64,000 nt of DNA from Escherichia phage HY01. Within the stretch, counting starts at the first letter, position 1. Every line of letters begins with the position of its first letter. A program made the position numbers and the translations under genes. The notes beneath the pieces are model-generated. The model saw only the letters and a program-made list of their open reading frames with translations. It did not search any database and was not told the origin of the DNA. This document shows, piece after piece, positions 18,117-26,873 of the stretch. The stretch is from sequence record NC_027349.1; one strand, written 5' to 3'.

Positions 18117-18431
18117 CTAAAAGAAACTTCTTTCACAATTTTTTCCACTGAACCATGCGCTTACCGCTTTCTTAGTCTCAGGAGCAGTGTTATCCATAAA
18201 CCATTCAAAGGCAGCCTTTTTATGATTCTGGAGGGCTTCTCGGGCTTTAATCTGCTCACGGTCTATTAACACTAACATATGAGCCTTTCTTGTCACCATG
18301 GGCTTCTTATGATTTTTTGAATACTCCCAGTCATTTGTCCATCGCATTGTCGTTGCGAATTGAAATACTGCTTCTTTAATCTTAGTTTCGTAAATTTCAC
18401 GAGCCTTTGAGTATAACATCACTACCTCCAT
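18117..18431 (-). CDS. Hypothetical protein (104 aa)
   Basis: ORF track. Confidence 0.5.
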   Translation of the reverse strand: MEVVMLYSKAREIYETKIKEAVFQFATTMRWTNDWEYSKNHKKPMVTRKAHMLVLIDREQIKAREALQNHKKAAFEWFMDNTAPETKKAVSAWFSGKNCERSFF

Positions 18432-18520
18432 TCACCAGTTTAATTCTAGTCATCTTTTTAATGGCAGTCCATATAATCTATTTCTGAACTGCCTTTTTGT
18501 CATAGAAGTCCTCTTATGAA

Positions 18521-19501
18521 TTATTTCAGAAGAGTAACCTCAGCAATTTCTTCCCAACCGTTTTTGTCGGTCATAATAAAGTCAGCAAGATAAAGAGCAG
18601 TACGCAGTGAAACATTGCGTAAACGATTAACATTAACTTTCATCCATGATAATGCTTTATAAGTTTCTTCATCAGAAAGACCGCGCTTTTGCATCATGTC
18701 AGTTGAAAGAATAACATCTTCAACCCTGACCATAATTTCTTCATTAGTATGAACACCCAAATCCAAATAAACTGAGCGGGACACTAATGCTTGTAAGTGT
18801 GGAGCAAGTTTAGTACCACGGTCTAATTCGCGGTCAATGTCAACGTTTGTGATAAAAACAATCGTTCCTTTAAATTCAAACTCACGCTCAATGCCTTTTT
18901 CTTCTAAGTAAGAAGATGCAGTGCTCCAGCAGACTTTACGGGTTTCTCCGGTGTCCAGAGCGGCTTTTAGAAGATTAAGAATGTCCATATCAGAGAAAAC
19001 ATCCACATCATCAATCAAAAGGACAGAATTCTCTTCACGATTATTCCAAAGCTGTTCATAAAGACCAATACCAGAGATTTTACCATTAATGCTTTTATAT
19101 TCAATGTATCCAATATCATTTGCTTTATTTAAAGCTTTATCTAAAGAATACGTTTTACCAATACCTGCTGCGCCAGAGATAATTAATGAACGAATATTTC
19201 CATTAATAATACCGTTCGTCATCATTCCCATAACATTAAATCTTTTATTAATGCGGGTTTTCATATCTTCATATGATTCTTTAACTTCTTCAACTTTTAC
19301 ACCATCATATGAAATATCTGATTTGTAAACCCAAACACCGCGACGTTTACCGTCAATTTCAACAAAAACTTTACCATCTCCTTGTGCATCTACCGGAGCA
19401 TTATCTGGGAACCATTCGCCTAAGAGCTCAAAAGTTCCAGAGATTTCTTTACCAAAGTAGATACCCTTATTGATAGTTACAGTTTTCATTTTATTCTCCA
19501 A
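18521..19501 (-). CDS. P-loop NTPase (AAA-like ATPase), 326 aa
   Basis: Walker A SGAAGIGKT and Walker B VLLIDDVD. Confidence 0.7.
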   Translation of the reverse strand: MENKMKTVTINKGIYFGKEISGTFELLGEWFPDNAPVDAQGDGKVFVEIDGKRRGVWVYKSDISYDGVKVEEVKESYEDMKTRINKRFNVMGMMTNGIINGNIRSLIISGAAGIGKTYSLDKALNKANDIGYIEYKSINGKISGIGLYEQLWNNREENSVLLIDDVDVFSDMDILNLLKAALDTGETRKVCWSTASSYLEEKGIEREFEFKGTIVFITNVDIDRELDRGTKLAPHLQALVSRSVYLDLGVHTNEEIMVRVEDVILSTDMMQKRGLSDEETYKALSWMKVNVNRLRNVSLRTALYLADFIMTDKNGWEEIAEVTLLK

Positions 19502-19526
19502 ATCTGTATCAGTAGTTGATAGTTGT

Positions 19527-19556
19527 ATAGTACCATAAAGCTTTATGCTTGTAAAC
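19527..19556 (-). promoter_or_regulatory. T4-type early promoter (GTTTAC / TACTAT)
   Basis: The 32-mer 19504-19536 is identical to 35343-35374. Confidence 0.55.
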
Positions 19557-19584
19557 TGTTTTGTGAAAAAATTTTTGAAATAAA

Positions 19585-19607
19585 AAGGGGCCTTTAGGGC
19601 CCCCTTT
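19585..19607 (-). terminator. GC-rich hairpin (AGGGGCC-TTTA-GGGCCCCCT) with flanking T/A runs
   Basis: Perfect stem; lies just upstream of the early promoter, giving a terminator-then-promoter unit. Confidence 0.5.
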
Positions 19608-19615
19608 GTGTTGAT

Positions 19616-20101
19616 TTATTCCATTTCTACTATATGCATGTTCTTTTTGCTATCAAAATATATGTTTTTAACTATTAACTCAGAATTAATTGGCAGTAAA
19701 AACTCTCTTTCATAATCTACCATACAAAGATTATCATAAAGCTTGTTAAGCTTATCATCGTCAGTTTGGCCAGATTCTTCAATTGCGATTAAATTTTCTA
19801 AAATGTCAATCATGGCAGTCGAATAGTCGAAAACGTTTGCATTTTTTAACACTACTAAAACATTAGTCATATAGCGTTCTGCCGCAAACGTTTCAGCTAT
19901 ATGAGACTCACTGCTAAAGGAAGTTATTCTTTTAAATTTGATTCTCCTATTAACTTCAAACTTATAAGATAGCACTTCCTCTATTGTAAGTCCTCTAAAA
20001 AGTATGTCTTTAATCTCAAGTTTGTCTTTAATGTAATCATTAACACGCTTATGATTAAAATCACTAATTTTGTTGCCAAGGCATTGCATTAAAATATGCA
20101 T
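19616..20101 (-). CDS. Hypothetical protein (161 aa)
   Basis: ORF track. Confidence 0.55.
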   Translation of the reverse strand: MHILMQCLGNKISDFNHKRVNDYIKDKLEIKDILFRGLTIEEVLSYKFEVNRRIKFKRITSFSSESHIAETFAAERYMTNVLVVLKNANVFDYSTAMIDILENLIAIEESGQTDDDKLNKLYDNLCMVDYEREFLLPINSELIVKNIYFDSKKNMHIVEME

Positions 20102-20147
20102 TGTATTCTCCTCAATTTTTAAAGAGCAATTAATTAACTACACATAT

Positions 20148-20177
20148 ATTATAATATGCTTTGTGATAGAAGTAAAC
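20148..20177 (-). promoter_or_regulatory. T4-type early promoter (GTTTAC / TATAAT)
   Basis: Minus-strand GTTTAC 20177-20172, TATAAT 20153-20148; upstream TTTCACAAAGTT element. Confidence 0.5.
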
Positions 20178-20206
20178 AACTTTGTGACGTCATTTTAAAC
20201 AAAAAA

Positions 20207-20225
20207 GGGGAGCCCGAAGGCTCCC
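20207..20225 (-). terminator. Tetraloop hairpin GGGGAGCC-CGAA-GGCTCCC plus T-run
   Basis: Perfect inverted repeat directly 3' of ORF 20229-21242. Confidence 0.5.
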
Positions 20226-20228
20226 TTA

Positions 20229-21242
20229 TCATTTATAATAACTTCGGTGGTTTTCAAGATAAACCCTCTCAAGGAAGTCATCCCAGAAACTCATGTCTAC
20301 TTTTTGCTGCATACCGTTCTTAGAAGCTTCAATGGATGCTGCTTCTACTTGATCGACCACATCTTCCAAAAACTCTTGAACAGTTTTAAATGGGTGTTTA
20401 CCCAGCTTCACGTCGAGAATAAATGGAGCGTCTTGAAGTGGATAAACCAAGTCACCAGTTTTGTAAATTTCCAATAGTTGGAGTCCACCACGACAAGCAT
20501 GACTTAGAGCTTTCCAGTCAATGCCCTCATTCGCTTCAGCCTTACGAGCACGTTCGCCATATTCAGCATCAAGTTTATTCAAAGACTGCTTAAGCTCAAT
20601 AAGAGAAAGTGTTGTCTGATATTTACGACCCAACACGGTATAGAACGTTTGCGGGCCTGTTTTCTCATGGTTATGGAATACCCATTCACAGAACTCGTTT
20701 TCAGGGAGTCTGTGTTTGATATCTTCTACCTTAGTACGACGAAGTCTATCAGGAATTCCTTCTTGATAGTCGACCCACTGGTCAGGGATTTGATTAACTA
20801 CTTTCAATACATCACGTAATGCGGCCAAACGAGAACCCTTGACACCGTATTTAGAAGCTTGCTTGCGGACATATCCTAAATAGGATTTCATGTTAGTTGT
20901 ATAAAACCGTGAACGATTGTCTTGGATAAATTTCCATACATCAGGCAAATCAGATTTAACCACTAGTTCAGGCGGAGTGTGAAGCATATCCAATGCTACA
21001 GTTTCACCATCTGCTGCTAATTTAAAGAAATACTTAAGACTGTACAGTTCATGGTCAATATCATCTTTGGTGTTTTTAGATGATGTGTTGTTAGTGTTTT
21101 TACTCATATGCTCTTTAACATTTCCGATAAGAATATCGCGAGCAGGAGGAACAAAGATTTCTTTAAAATCTACATCAGATTCTGGAGTAGAAGTTCCATA
21201 AAGATGACTACCAAAATAGCTTTTCATTACTGTTTTCATCAT
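20229..21242 (-). CDS. Pol-beta-superfamily nucleotidyltransferase-like protein (337 aa)
   Basis: N-terminal motif YFGSHLYGTSTPESDVDF fits the G[SG]x9-13Dh[DE] NTase signature; remainder has no motif I recognise. Confidence 0.55.
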   Translation of the reverse strand: MMKTVMKSYFGSHLYGTSTPESDVDFKEIFVPPARDILIGNVKEHMSKNTNNTSSKNTKDDIDHELYSLKYFFKLAADGETVALDMLHTPPELVVKSDLPDVWKFIQDNRSRFYTTNMKSYLGYVRKQASKYGVKGSRLAALRDVLKVVNQIPDQWVDYQEGIPDRLRRTKVEDIKHRLPENEFCEWVFHNHEKTGPQTFYTVLGRKYQTTLSLIELKQSLNKLDAEYGERARKAEANEGIDWKALSHACRGGLQLLEIYKTGDLVYPLQDAPFILDVKLGKHPFKTVQEFLEDVVDQVEAASIEASKNGMQQKVDMSFWDDFLERVYLENHRSYYK

Positions 21243-21700
21243 TCAGCCTTATATTCAATAACAGGACATACTTTAGCTTTACGCGCTTTTAAAAATTCGA
21301 CGATAATAGATTTCTTGGGTTGAATAGGAGGTAAACCTTTATACGCCCTATCAATATTTTCTACATGTAAAGCATAATCCTTTTTCCATTTATAATCTTT
21401 ATATTTTTCATGCAATTGTGCAGGAATAACAAATGAACCGATAATAAGTAAAACAAGCAAAATGGCAAGTATAAATGCTGCTGGAATAAGAGTCCATAAA
21501 CTACCAAAAATAAGCCATTTCTGTATGATTTCTGCACAGATGATAGTTAGACCTGCGAGTATAGTACATCCGAAAAAAGAAACGAAAAATGTAGGAATAA
21601 CAATAGACCAAAAATACGCGCATAGTGTCTTAGGTCGTTTCCATTCATCATTAAACATTTTGAATAATTTATAGTGCCAAGAGCTTTCATTAATAATCAT
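21239..21700 (-). CDS. Multi-pass membrane protein (153 aa)
   Basis: Three hydrophobic helices (PTFFVSFFGCTILAGLTIICA, LIFGSLWTLIPAAFILAILLVLLIIGSFVIP). Confidence 0.55.
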   Translation of the reverse strand: MIINESSWHYKLFKMFNDEWKRPKTLCAYFWSIVIPTFFVSFFGCTILAGLTIICAEIIQKWLIFGSLWTLIPAAFILAILLVLLIIGSFVIPAQLHEKYKDYKWKKDYALHVENIDRAYKGLPPIQPKKSIIVEFLKARKAKVCPVIEYKAE

Positions 21701-21702
21701 AA

Positions 21703-22224
21703 TTATCCTTTCATTGAAGGTGTAACAGTTGTTAAATACTTAATCATAGCTTCAGCTTCTGATTTTGATAATGAAATTTCTCCATTGTTTTGACGAATAG
21801 AAATAAAATCCGGATGACGGTCACCACCAGCTTTCAAAACACACATATAAGTATCAGTTTCATCTTCAATATTTGAAATGATTGAAGCAGTTCCACATGA
21901 ATGTGGTTTTTGATAAATCAATACGGCTTTTCTTCCACCGTTTGACTGTTCATAAACTTTTAACACATCAAACAAATCAATTCTTTTATCAATAGCTAAG
22001 ATGTTGTTTTCATCTTCAATGTTAAATCCTTCGGATACTTCATAAAGTGTCACCCATAAATCACCGATGTCAATAACAACATTTACTTTTCCATGACTTT
22101 CAAGAGCATTACAAATTTTCTTGATTTCGTCATAACTCATTTTAATAATATCATCTCCTTGAATAAGGAAGATGTCATTTTTAAATTCAACACGAATTAA
22201 ACCACTTCCACTTGAAATAAACAT
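21703..22224 (-). CDS. Hypothetical protein (173 aa); paralog of 22231-22788
   Basis: C-terminus SKSEAEAMIKYLTTVTPSM resembles TKDEAIALKTYLDSVIPTM of the neighbour. Confidence 0.55.
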   Translation of the reverse strand: MFISSGSGLIRVEFKNDIFLIQGDDIIKMSYDEIKKICNALESHGKVNVVIDIGDLWVTLYEVSEGFNIEDENNILAIDKRIDLFDVLKVYEQSNGGRKAVLIYQKPHSCGTASIISNIEDETDTYMCVLKAGGDRHPDFISIRQNNGEISLSKSEAEAMIKYLTTVTPSMKG

Positions 22225-22230
22225 ATTTCC

Positions 22231-22788
22231 TCACTTTGAAATCATAGTTGGAATGACAGAATCAAGATAAGTCTTTAGCGCAATAGCTTCGTCTTTGGTA
22301 AATGTGACAATATGTGATCGAAAATCGTCAATTTGGCGAATAGTTAAGACATCTCCCTCTTCATAACATTTTGATACATTTAAAAGAGTTTCATCATTCT
22401 GATTGTAAGAGTTAGTAATAATAGCATTGCAATTTTTGAGCCATTTTAAACTATGTTTTCTTTCATTAGAATAATAAAAATATTTAATCTTAGCTATAAA
22501 ACTATCCCAATGGATAACTGATAAACACATTGACTCACTTTTAATATTAAATCCTGGGCATGAAGAATAAAAATGAATTTTGTGCTCATCATTGATGCTT
22601 ACTATTTTATCAGTATAAGGATATTCAATTTGGGTTAAATGAATAATTTCGCTAGGCGTAAAATATAGCATATCGTCTTCTTGCGTCAAACGATACATGT
22701 TATTTACTTTTTCTATAGCCAATTCACCAAAAAGCGGACTAACTTCTAATACTAATCGTTTCATATTGATTCTCTTCGACTCACTCAC
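22231..22788 (-). CDS. Hypothetical protein (185 aa); paralog of 21703-22224
   Basis: Shared C-terminal motif with the neighbour. Confidence 0.55.
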   Translation of the reverse strand: MSESKRINMKRLVLEVSPLFGELAIEKVNNMYRLTQEDDMLYFTPSEIIHLTQIEYPYTDKIVSINDEHKIHFYSSCPGFNIKSESMCLSVIHWDSFIAKIKYFYYSNERKHSLKWLKNCNAIITNSYNQNDETLLNVSKCYEEGDVLTIRQIDDFRSHIVTFTKDEAIALKTYLDSVIPTMISK

Positions 22789-22955
22789 AATTACATACTC
22801 CTTTGAATAATATCAATAATGTTGTTCACTAGATTATAAGTAAACATTGGGTAATTATATTGAATCATCACATACACAACAAACAAAACTTTCATTCTCT
22901 TCTCCTTGGCAGTTGGCAAGATTACTATACCATAACCTTGCCAACTTGTAAACCA

Positions 22956-23129
22956 TTAAATGACGTTTTCAATAAAATTCTGAAGCTTTGTGTGAGCATC
23001 AACCATGATTTTCATTTCTTCCTTTGCGAAAGCTGTACCTCTTTCTCGAGAAGAATACTCATAGTCAGAAACTGCATTAGCATATTCTTCAATTAGCTTC
23101 ATTAAAAACATCTGCTTTTCAGTTTTCAT
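22956..23129 (-). CDS. Small hypothetical protein (57 aa), below ORF-track cutoff
   Basis: Manual translation MKTEKQMFLMKLIEEYANAVSDYEYSSRERGTAFAKEEMKIMVDAHTKLQNFIENVI; AGGTGG 5 nt upstream; 11-nt overlap with upstream ORF. Confidence 0.3.
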   Translation of the reverse strand: MKTEKQMFLMKLIEEYANAVSDYEYSSRERGTAFAKEEMKIMVDAHTKLQNFIENVI

Positions 23130-23313
23130 TATTCCACCTAATCATTTCAAGATATTGAACTAACTTAGCTTTGGATTTATCCAAATCCTTTTTAGCTGCT
23201 TCTATACCATCGTACGAATATCCTTCACAATGTTCAACTGCCAATTGGTATGAATCTATTTCAATATCACGTGCTAATTTAATGATTTTTTCAAACTGTT
23301 CACGTGTCAGCAT
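23119..23313 (-). CDS. Hypothetical protein (64 aa)
   Basis: ORF track. Confidence 0.45.
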   Translation of the reverse strand: MLTREQFEKIIKLARDIEIDSYQLAVEHCEGYSYDGIEAAKKDLDKSKAKLVQYLEMIRWNNEN

Positions 23314-23315
23314 AC

Positions 23316-23534
23316 TTAAACTCTCGTATTGTGATCGATAATTTCATCAAGAAACATATCTAAAGCTTCTAAAGCATTATCAACTTTAGCTTCAAATTCT
23401 TCAATACCTGATAAGGCAAAGTTAATGCGTTCCTCATCTGCTTTGCGAATTAAAGCTACCAATTCTTTAATTTTATCTGCTTGTTCGATATTAATCATTA
23501 TTCCACCACATATGAAAGAGAGAATATTGCACAC
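23316..23534 (-). CDS. Hypothetical acidic protein (72 aa)
   Basis: ORF track. Confidence 0.45.
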   Translation of the reverse strand: MCNILSFICGGIMINIEQADKIKELVALIRKADEERINFALSGIEEFEAKVDNALEALDMFLDEIIDHNTRV

Positions 23535-23731
23535 GCCATGTGAGTTGCAGCTTCATCACACATATCATAACGTTTCTTAAGAAGTTCTTCAAGTTCTTCA
23601 CTGGTAACTTCATCCATGTCGACGAAAAAATCACCATTAATGATGACGTAGATATTTCCTTCTTGATTAAGTGCTTCAATTTTCATGATGTTCTCCTCTT
23701 TATCCGATGGTTGTATAGTATCACAGCTCAA
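23498..23731 (-). CDS. Hypothetical acidic protein (77 aa)
   Basis: ORF track; preceded by early promoter and RBS. Confidence 0.45.
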   Translation of the reverse strand: MSCDTIQPSDKEENIMKIEALNQEGNIYVIINGDFFVDMDEVTSEELEELLKKRYDMCDEAATHMACAIFSLSYVVE

Positions 23732-23744
23732 ATGGAAAGTAAAC
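23715..23744 (-). promoter_or_regulatory. T4-type early promoter (GTTTAC / TACTAT)
   Basis: Minus-strand GTTTAC 23744-23739, TACTAT 23720-23715. Confidence 0.5.
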
Positions 23745-23759
23745 CGGTAAAATGAAAAA

Positions 23760-23777
23760 AGTCTCCCGAAGGAGACT
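23760..23777 (-). terminator. Tetraloop hairpin AGTCTCC-CGAA-GGAGACT plus T-run
   Basis: Perfect inverted repeat 3' of ORF 23782-24168. Confidence 0.5.
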
Positions 23778-23781
23778 AATG

Positions 23782-24168
23782 TTATTCGAGGGAAAGAAGA
23801 TACTTACTCTGGTAAAACATTCCAGTAATATCATCTATCGTGCTTTGAATGGCTGGAGGCATTTCTTTGTAAATGCTGTTAGATTGGTCTAGTATACGAT
23901 CAATCATTTTAATTGTGTCGGTAGGAAGTTTACTAGCATCTGGAATTGAAGGTGTGTATTTTCTACCAGAATACCCCAAATACTGCTCACCAAATTTATC
24001 AATCAAATCTGGCAACTCAGAGAAAATAAAATCGTATGCCTTGTGTCTAGCATAACTTTTAGTTTCAAAATGCGCAGAATGAAAATAAGCTTGTGCAGCC
24101 ATTAATAAACCTAAGTATTCATCTGCCTTTGAAGGTTTTCCACTTTGTGAAAAGTCGCTGAATTTCAT
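23782..24168 (-). CDS. Hypothetical protein (128 aa)
   Basis: ORF track; 4-nt overlap with rI. Confidence 0.55.
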   Translation of the reverse strand: MKFSDFSQSGKPSKADEYLGLLMAAQAYFHSAHFETKSYARHKAYDFIFSELPDLIDKFGEQYLGYSGRKYTPSIPDASKLPTDTIKMIDRILDQSNSIYKEMPPAIQSTIDDITGMFYQSKYLLSLE

Positions 24169-24458
24169 TCAGTCTCCAATTTAATGTTCATAATTCTAGC
24201 GTATGATTGTGCCATCTCCGCGCCTCGTTCTATACATTCAAAATCGGAAGAGCACGGGTCATTTTTATAGGTCGTTCGCATAAAACTATAGAACTGTTCA
24301 GATGATTCTACGCTTTTATTTTCAAAAAGCATATAAACATGTCTAATACCAGATTCCATAAATTTATCAAAATGAGGATCGACATTCGCTTCAATCGGTG
24401 GAGATAAAGCAAACGCTAATCCTAGCATGGCAAATAGTGCCGTTGCTTTTAAGGCCAT
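24165..24458 (-). CDS. rI: Lysis inhibition regulator RI (periplasmic antiholin)
   Basis: 97 aa; N-terminal signal-anchor MALKATALFAMLGLAFA; length as T4 RI; position upstream of tk. Confidence 0.85.
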   Translation of the reverse strand: MALKATALFAMLGLAFALSPPIEANVDPHFDKFMESGIRHVYMLFENKSVESSEQFYSFMRTTYKNDPCSSDFECIERGAEMAQSYARIMNIKLETE

Positions 24459-24470
24459 AAAGGCCTCCTA

Positions 24471-24683
24471 TCATTTTTGTCCTGTATTTACTTTATGCCG
24501 ATGCACGGCCTTAACTTTATCAAGGTATTTTTCAAAATTTCGCAATCTAGTATAGTCTGCCGGAGATTGGTTGAGTGATACTTCTCGACGCAAAGCTGAA
24601 ATGATATTTCCAACTTCCCTACGAATTTCATCTAATTGAAGAACAGTAAGATTGCGAAGTTGCTTTTCAGTTAATTGTAGCAT
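24471..24683 (-). CDS. Hypothetical protein (70 aa)
   Basis: ORF track. Confidence 0.5.
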
Positions 24684-24725
24684 ATATACCCCTTTAGTTA
24701 GATAAACCTATTTATAACTTTTGCA

Positions 24726-25307
24726 CTAACCGAGCTTTTTAGTTAATTCATTCCAATGTTTTCTGCACAAAGAAACATAAATTTCATCACCAATACAGAT
24801 TTGATTACCTTCTTTAACTGGTGTTCCATCTTCCATTAATCGAGCCGTCATAATCGCTTTTTTACCGCAATGACAAACTGCCTTTAGTTCAATAAGTTTA
24901 TCTGCAATCGCCAAAAGTTCTTTAGAACCTTCAAATAATTTTCCAGCGAAATCAGTCCTTAGACCATAAGCCATAACAGGAACATTGTATGTATCGACAA
25001 TTCGGCTTAATTGATGCACCTGTTCAGTTTTTAAAAACTGAGCTTCATCTACAAATACGCAATGAATATCTTTTTGTGCTTCAGCCCATTTATAGAACTC
25101 AAAAATATCCATATCATCCGTAATAATATTCGCTTCCTGCTTAATTCCAATGCGAGAAACGACTTCACAGACAGAATCGCGAGTATCAATAGCAGGCTTA
25201 AGAACTAATACACCCATTCCGCGTTCTTTATAATTATGCGCAGCAGTCAAAAGAGAAGCAGATTTTCCAGCATTCATTGCTGCATAAGTAAAAATTAAAC
25301 TCGCCAT
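24726..25307 (-). CDS. tk: Thymidine kinase
   Basis: 193 aa; P-loop AAMNAGKS; C-terminal Zn-binding cysteines; length as T4 Tk. Confidence 0.93.
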   Translation of the reverse strand: MASLIFTYAAMNAGKSASLLTAAHNYKERGMGVLVLKPAIDTRDSVCEVVSRIGIKQEANIITDDMDIFEFYKWAEAQKDIHCVFVDEAQFLKTEQVHQLSRIVDTYNVPVMAYGLRTDFAGKLFEGSKELLAIADKLIELKAVCHCGKKAIMTARLMEDGTPVKEGNQICIGDEIYVSLCRKHWNELTKKLG

Positions 25308-25316
25308 ATCACCTTC

Positions 25317-25502
25317 TTAAAGCGTATTCACATAAGCTATTAATTCGTTTTCTTTCTTATCAAACCGGTCAGCAAATTCTTCTTGTTGTTCGGGAGATAG
25401 CGGGCCGTATTCATCATAAAAGGTGTTTGCTTCTGCATTCTCATCTAGAAGTTCATGGATAAGCTCAAACAATTTATCTTTTTGTTCTTTACTCAGACTC
25501 AT
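25317..25502 (-). CDS. Hypothetical acidic protein (61 aa)
   Basis: ORF track. Confidence 0.45.
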   Translation of the reverse strand: MSLSKEQKDKLFELIHELLDENAEANTFYDEYGPLSPEQQEEFADRFDKKENELIAYVNTL

Positions 25503-25668
25503 ATATTAATTTCCAGGAGTTTTAAAATAATTCGCTTTTGCTTAAATATTTCCGTAGTTAAATGGTCAGTATCTTTTTGACCGATTCCAACGGCAAAACC
25601 TTTATTAACAGCGAGTTCAATTAAATTATCAAGCTCACGTAACACTTCATATTGTAACTCAAAATTAT

Positions 25669-25896
25669 TCATTTTGGTTTACCTTCTTTAACGAAATCAG
25701 GATAAGGATAAAATCCTGAATAAAATCCTTCACCTTTATGATTGATGCATCCTTTATTAGAACAATAGCACCAATAGTCGAAATCACAGGCCATTTCATC
25801 ATTACATAAAGCAAAAACAACAGGCCATTTACACTTTTCACAATGGGCATTTTTAAGAATACTAGTTTGGCTCATAACCATGTAACCTTTAAGCAA
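25669..25896 (-). CDS. Cys-rich small protein (75 aa), possible zinc binding
   Basis: Nine Cys including CEKCKW and CYCSNKGC. Confidence 0.45.
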   Translation of the reverse strand: MLKGYMVMSQTSILKNAHCEKCKWPVVFALCNDEMACDFDYWCYCSNKGCINHKGEGFYSGFYPYPDFVKEGKPK

Positions 25897-26084
25897 TATT
25901 CTTCTACATGTTGTTTACGACCTTTCCTATCAATGAAGGTATATTCAACGAATGTTCCAATATAGTCTTTATCTACATCATGAGGACTATTAATTGGGCA
26001 TTTAGTACGGCAAATGCGTTTCCATTGACGAATAATTTCCACTTTGTTTTTAGGATCAAACGGATGCGGGCAATGTACTTTCAT
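25872..26084 (-). CDS. Cys/His-containing small protein (70 aa)
   Basis: ORF track; CPHPFD...CRTKCP. Confidence 0.45.
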   Translation of the reverse strand: MKVHCPHPFDPKNKVEIIRQWKRICRTKCPINSPHDVDKDYIGTFVEYTFIDRKGRKQHVEEYCLKVTWL

Positions 26085-26535
26085 AATCCACCACTATTAA
26101 ATCAATATCAGGAGTAAACATGTCGATTAATTTAGAAACCTTATCCCAATCACCGCCAGCAATACCACAACCTATGCGTGGAATGTAAATTACTGGTTTA
26201 AACAGAAGGGTCTCTGCCTGTAGATTTAATTCTATCATGCAGTTTACTAAAGCACCATAATCAAGATTAGGACCCGGTTCGTATTGCGTATACAGGTTAT
26301 AGCATATACCAAATCCCGTAGGACTATGTTTAAAAACAATAGACATATCGCCTAATTTATCGCGAGAACCGTACTCGGTAGTAGTTTTATCTATTTCTAA
26401 AATTTTAGGATAGGCCCTCGCTAATTGACCCGCTACACCTGAACCCATAGTATGAAAGCAGTTGCACCCGTGCGCAATAATATTACCTTGAAGAAATAGG
26501 GCGACAATATCGCCCTTGATATATTTTACAATCAT
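26056..26535 (-). CDS. Macro-domain protein (ADP-ribose binding/hydrolase fold), 159 aa
   Basis: GDI...NIIAHGCNC...GSGVAGQLA...IGCGIAGG motifs typical of macro domains. Confidence 0.7.
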   Translation of the reverse strand: MIVKYIKGDIVALFLQGNIIAHGCNCFHTMGSGVAGQLARAYPKILEIDKTTTEYGSRDKLGDMSIVFKHSPTGFGICYNLYTQYEPGPNLDYGALVNCMIELNLQAETLLFKPVIYIPRIGCGIAGGDWDKVSKLIDMFTPDIDLIVVDYESTLPASV

Positions 26536-26873
26536 CTAGTACTCAATCCTCGATTATAAGAATCTACCAAACGGTCAACCATTGAATGACAAGCGGCTTT
26601 ATCTTTCTCCTCCGCAACTGAACATTCTAAGGTATTCCACTTTTTAGCATATCGTTTTAATAAAGTATCGTTCTTGTATCTACTTGATTTATCTCTTTCT
26701 CCGTCTTTATATGCATATATTAATTTCTGCGCAAATTCAGCTTGACATGCTTTATTTTTCCCACAATAATCCGCGGCAGTACGGTTTACATACTCTCTAA
26801 TTTCAGTGTATGATGTATTTGCTAACGCAGAAAATGAAATTAATCCTACACATAAAACCAAAATTTTAGTCAT
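26532..26873 (-). CDS. Secreted Cys-containing protein (113 aa)
   Basis: Signal-peptide-like N-terminus MTKILVLCVGLISFSALA; four Cys. Confidence 0.55.
   Translation of the reverse strand: MTKILVLCVGLISFSALANTSYTEIREYVNRTAADYCGKNKACQAEFAQKLIYAYKDGERDKSSRYKNDTLLKRYAKKWNTLECSVAEEKDKAACHSMVDRLVDSYNRGLSTR

Noticed and set aside
22860-23096. Plus-strand 78-aa ORF in an otherwise uniformly minus-strand block
   Set aside because: Overlaps a manually found minus-strand 57-aa ORF and an early-promoter element; no RBS; low-complexity, Cys/Phe-rich composition typical of antisense frames.
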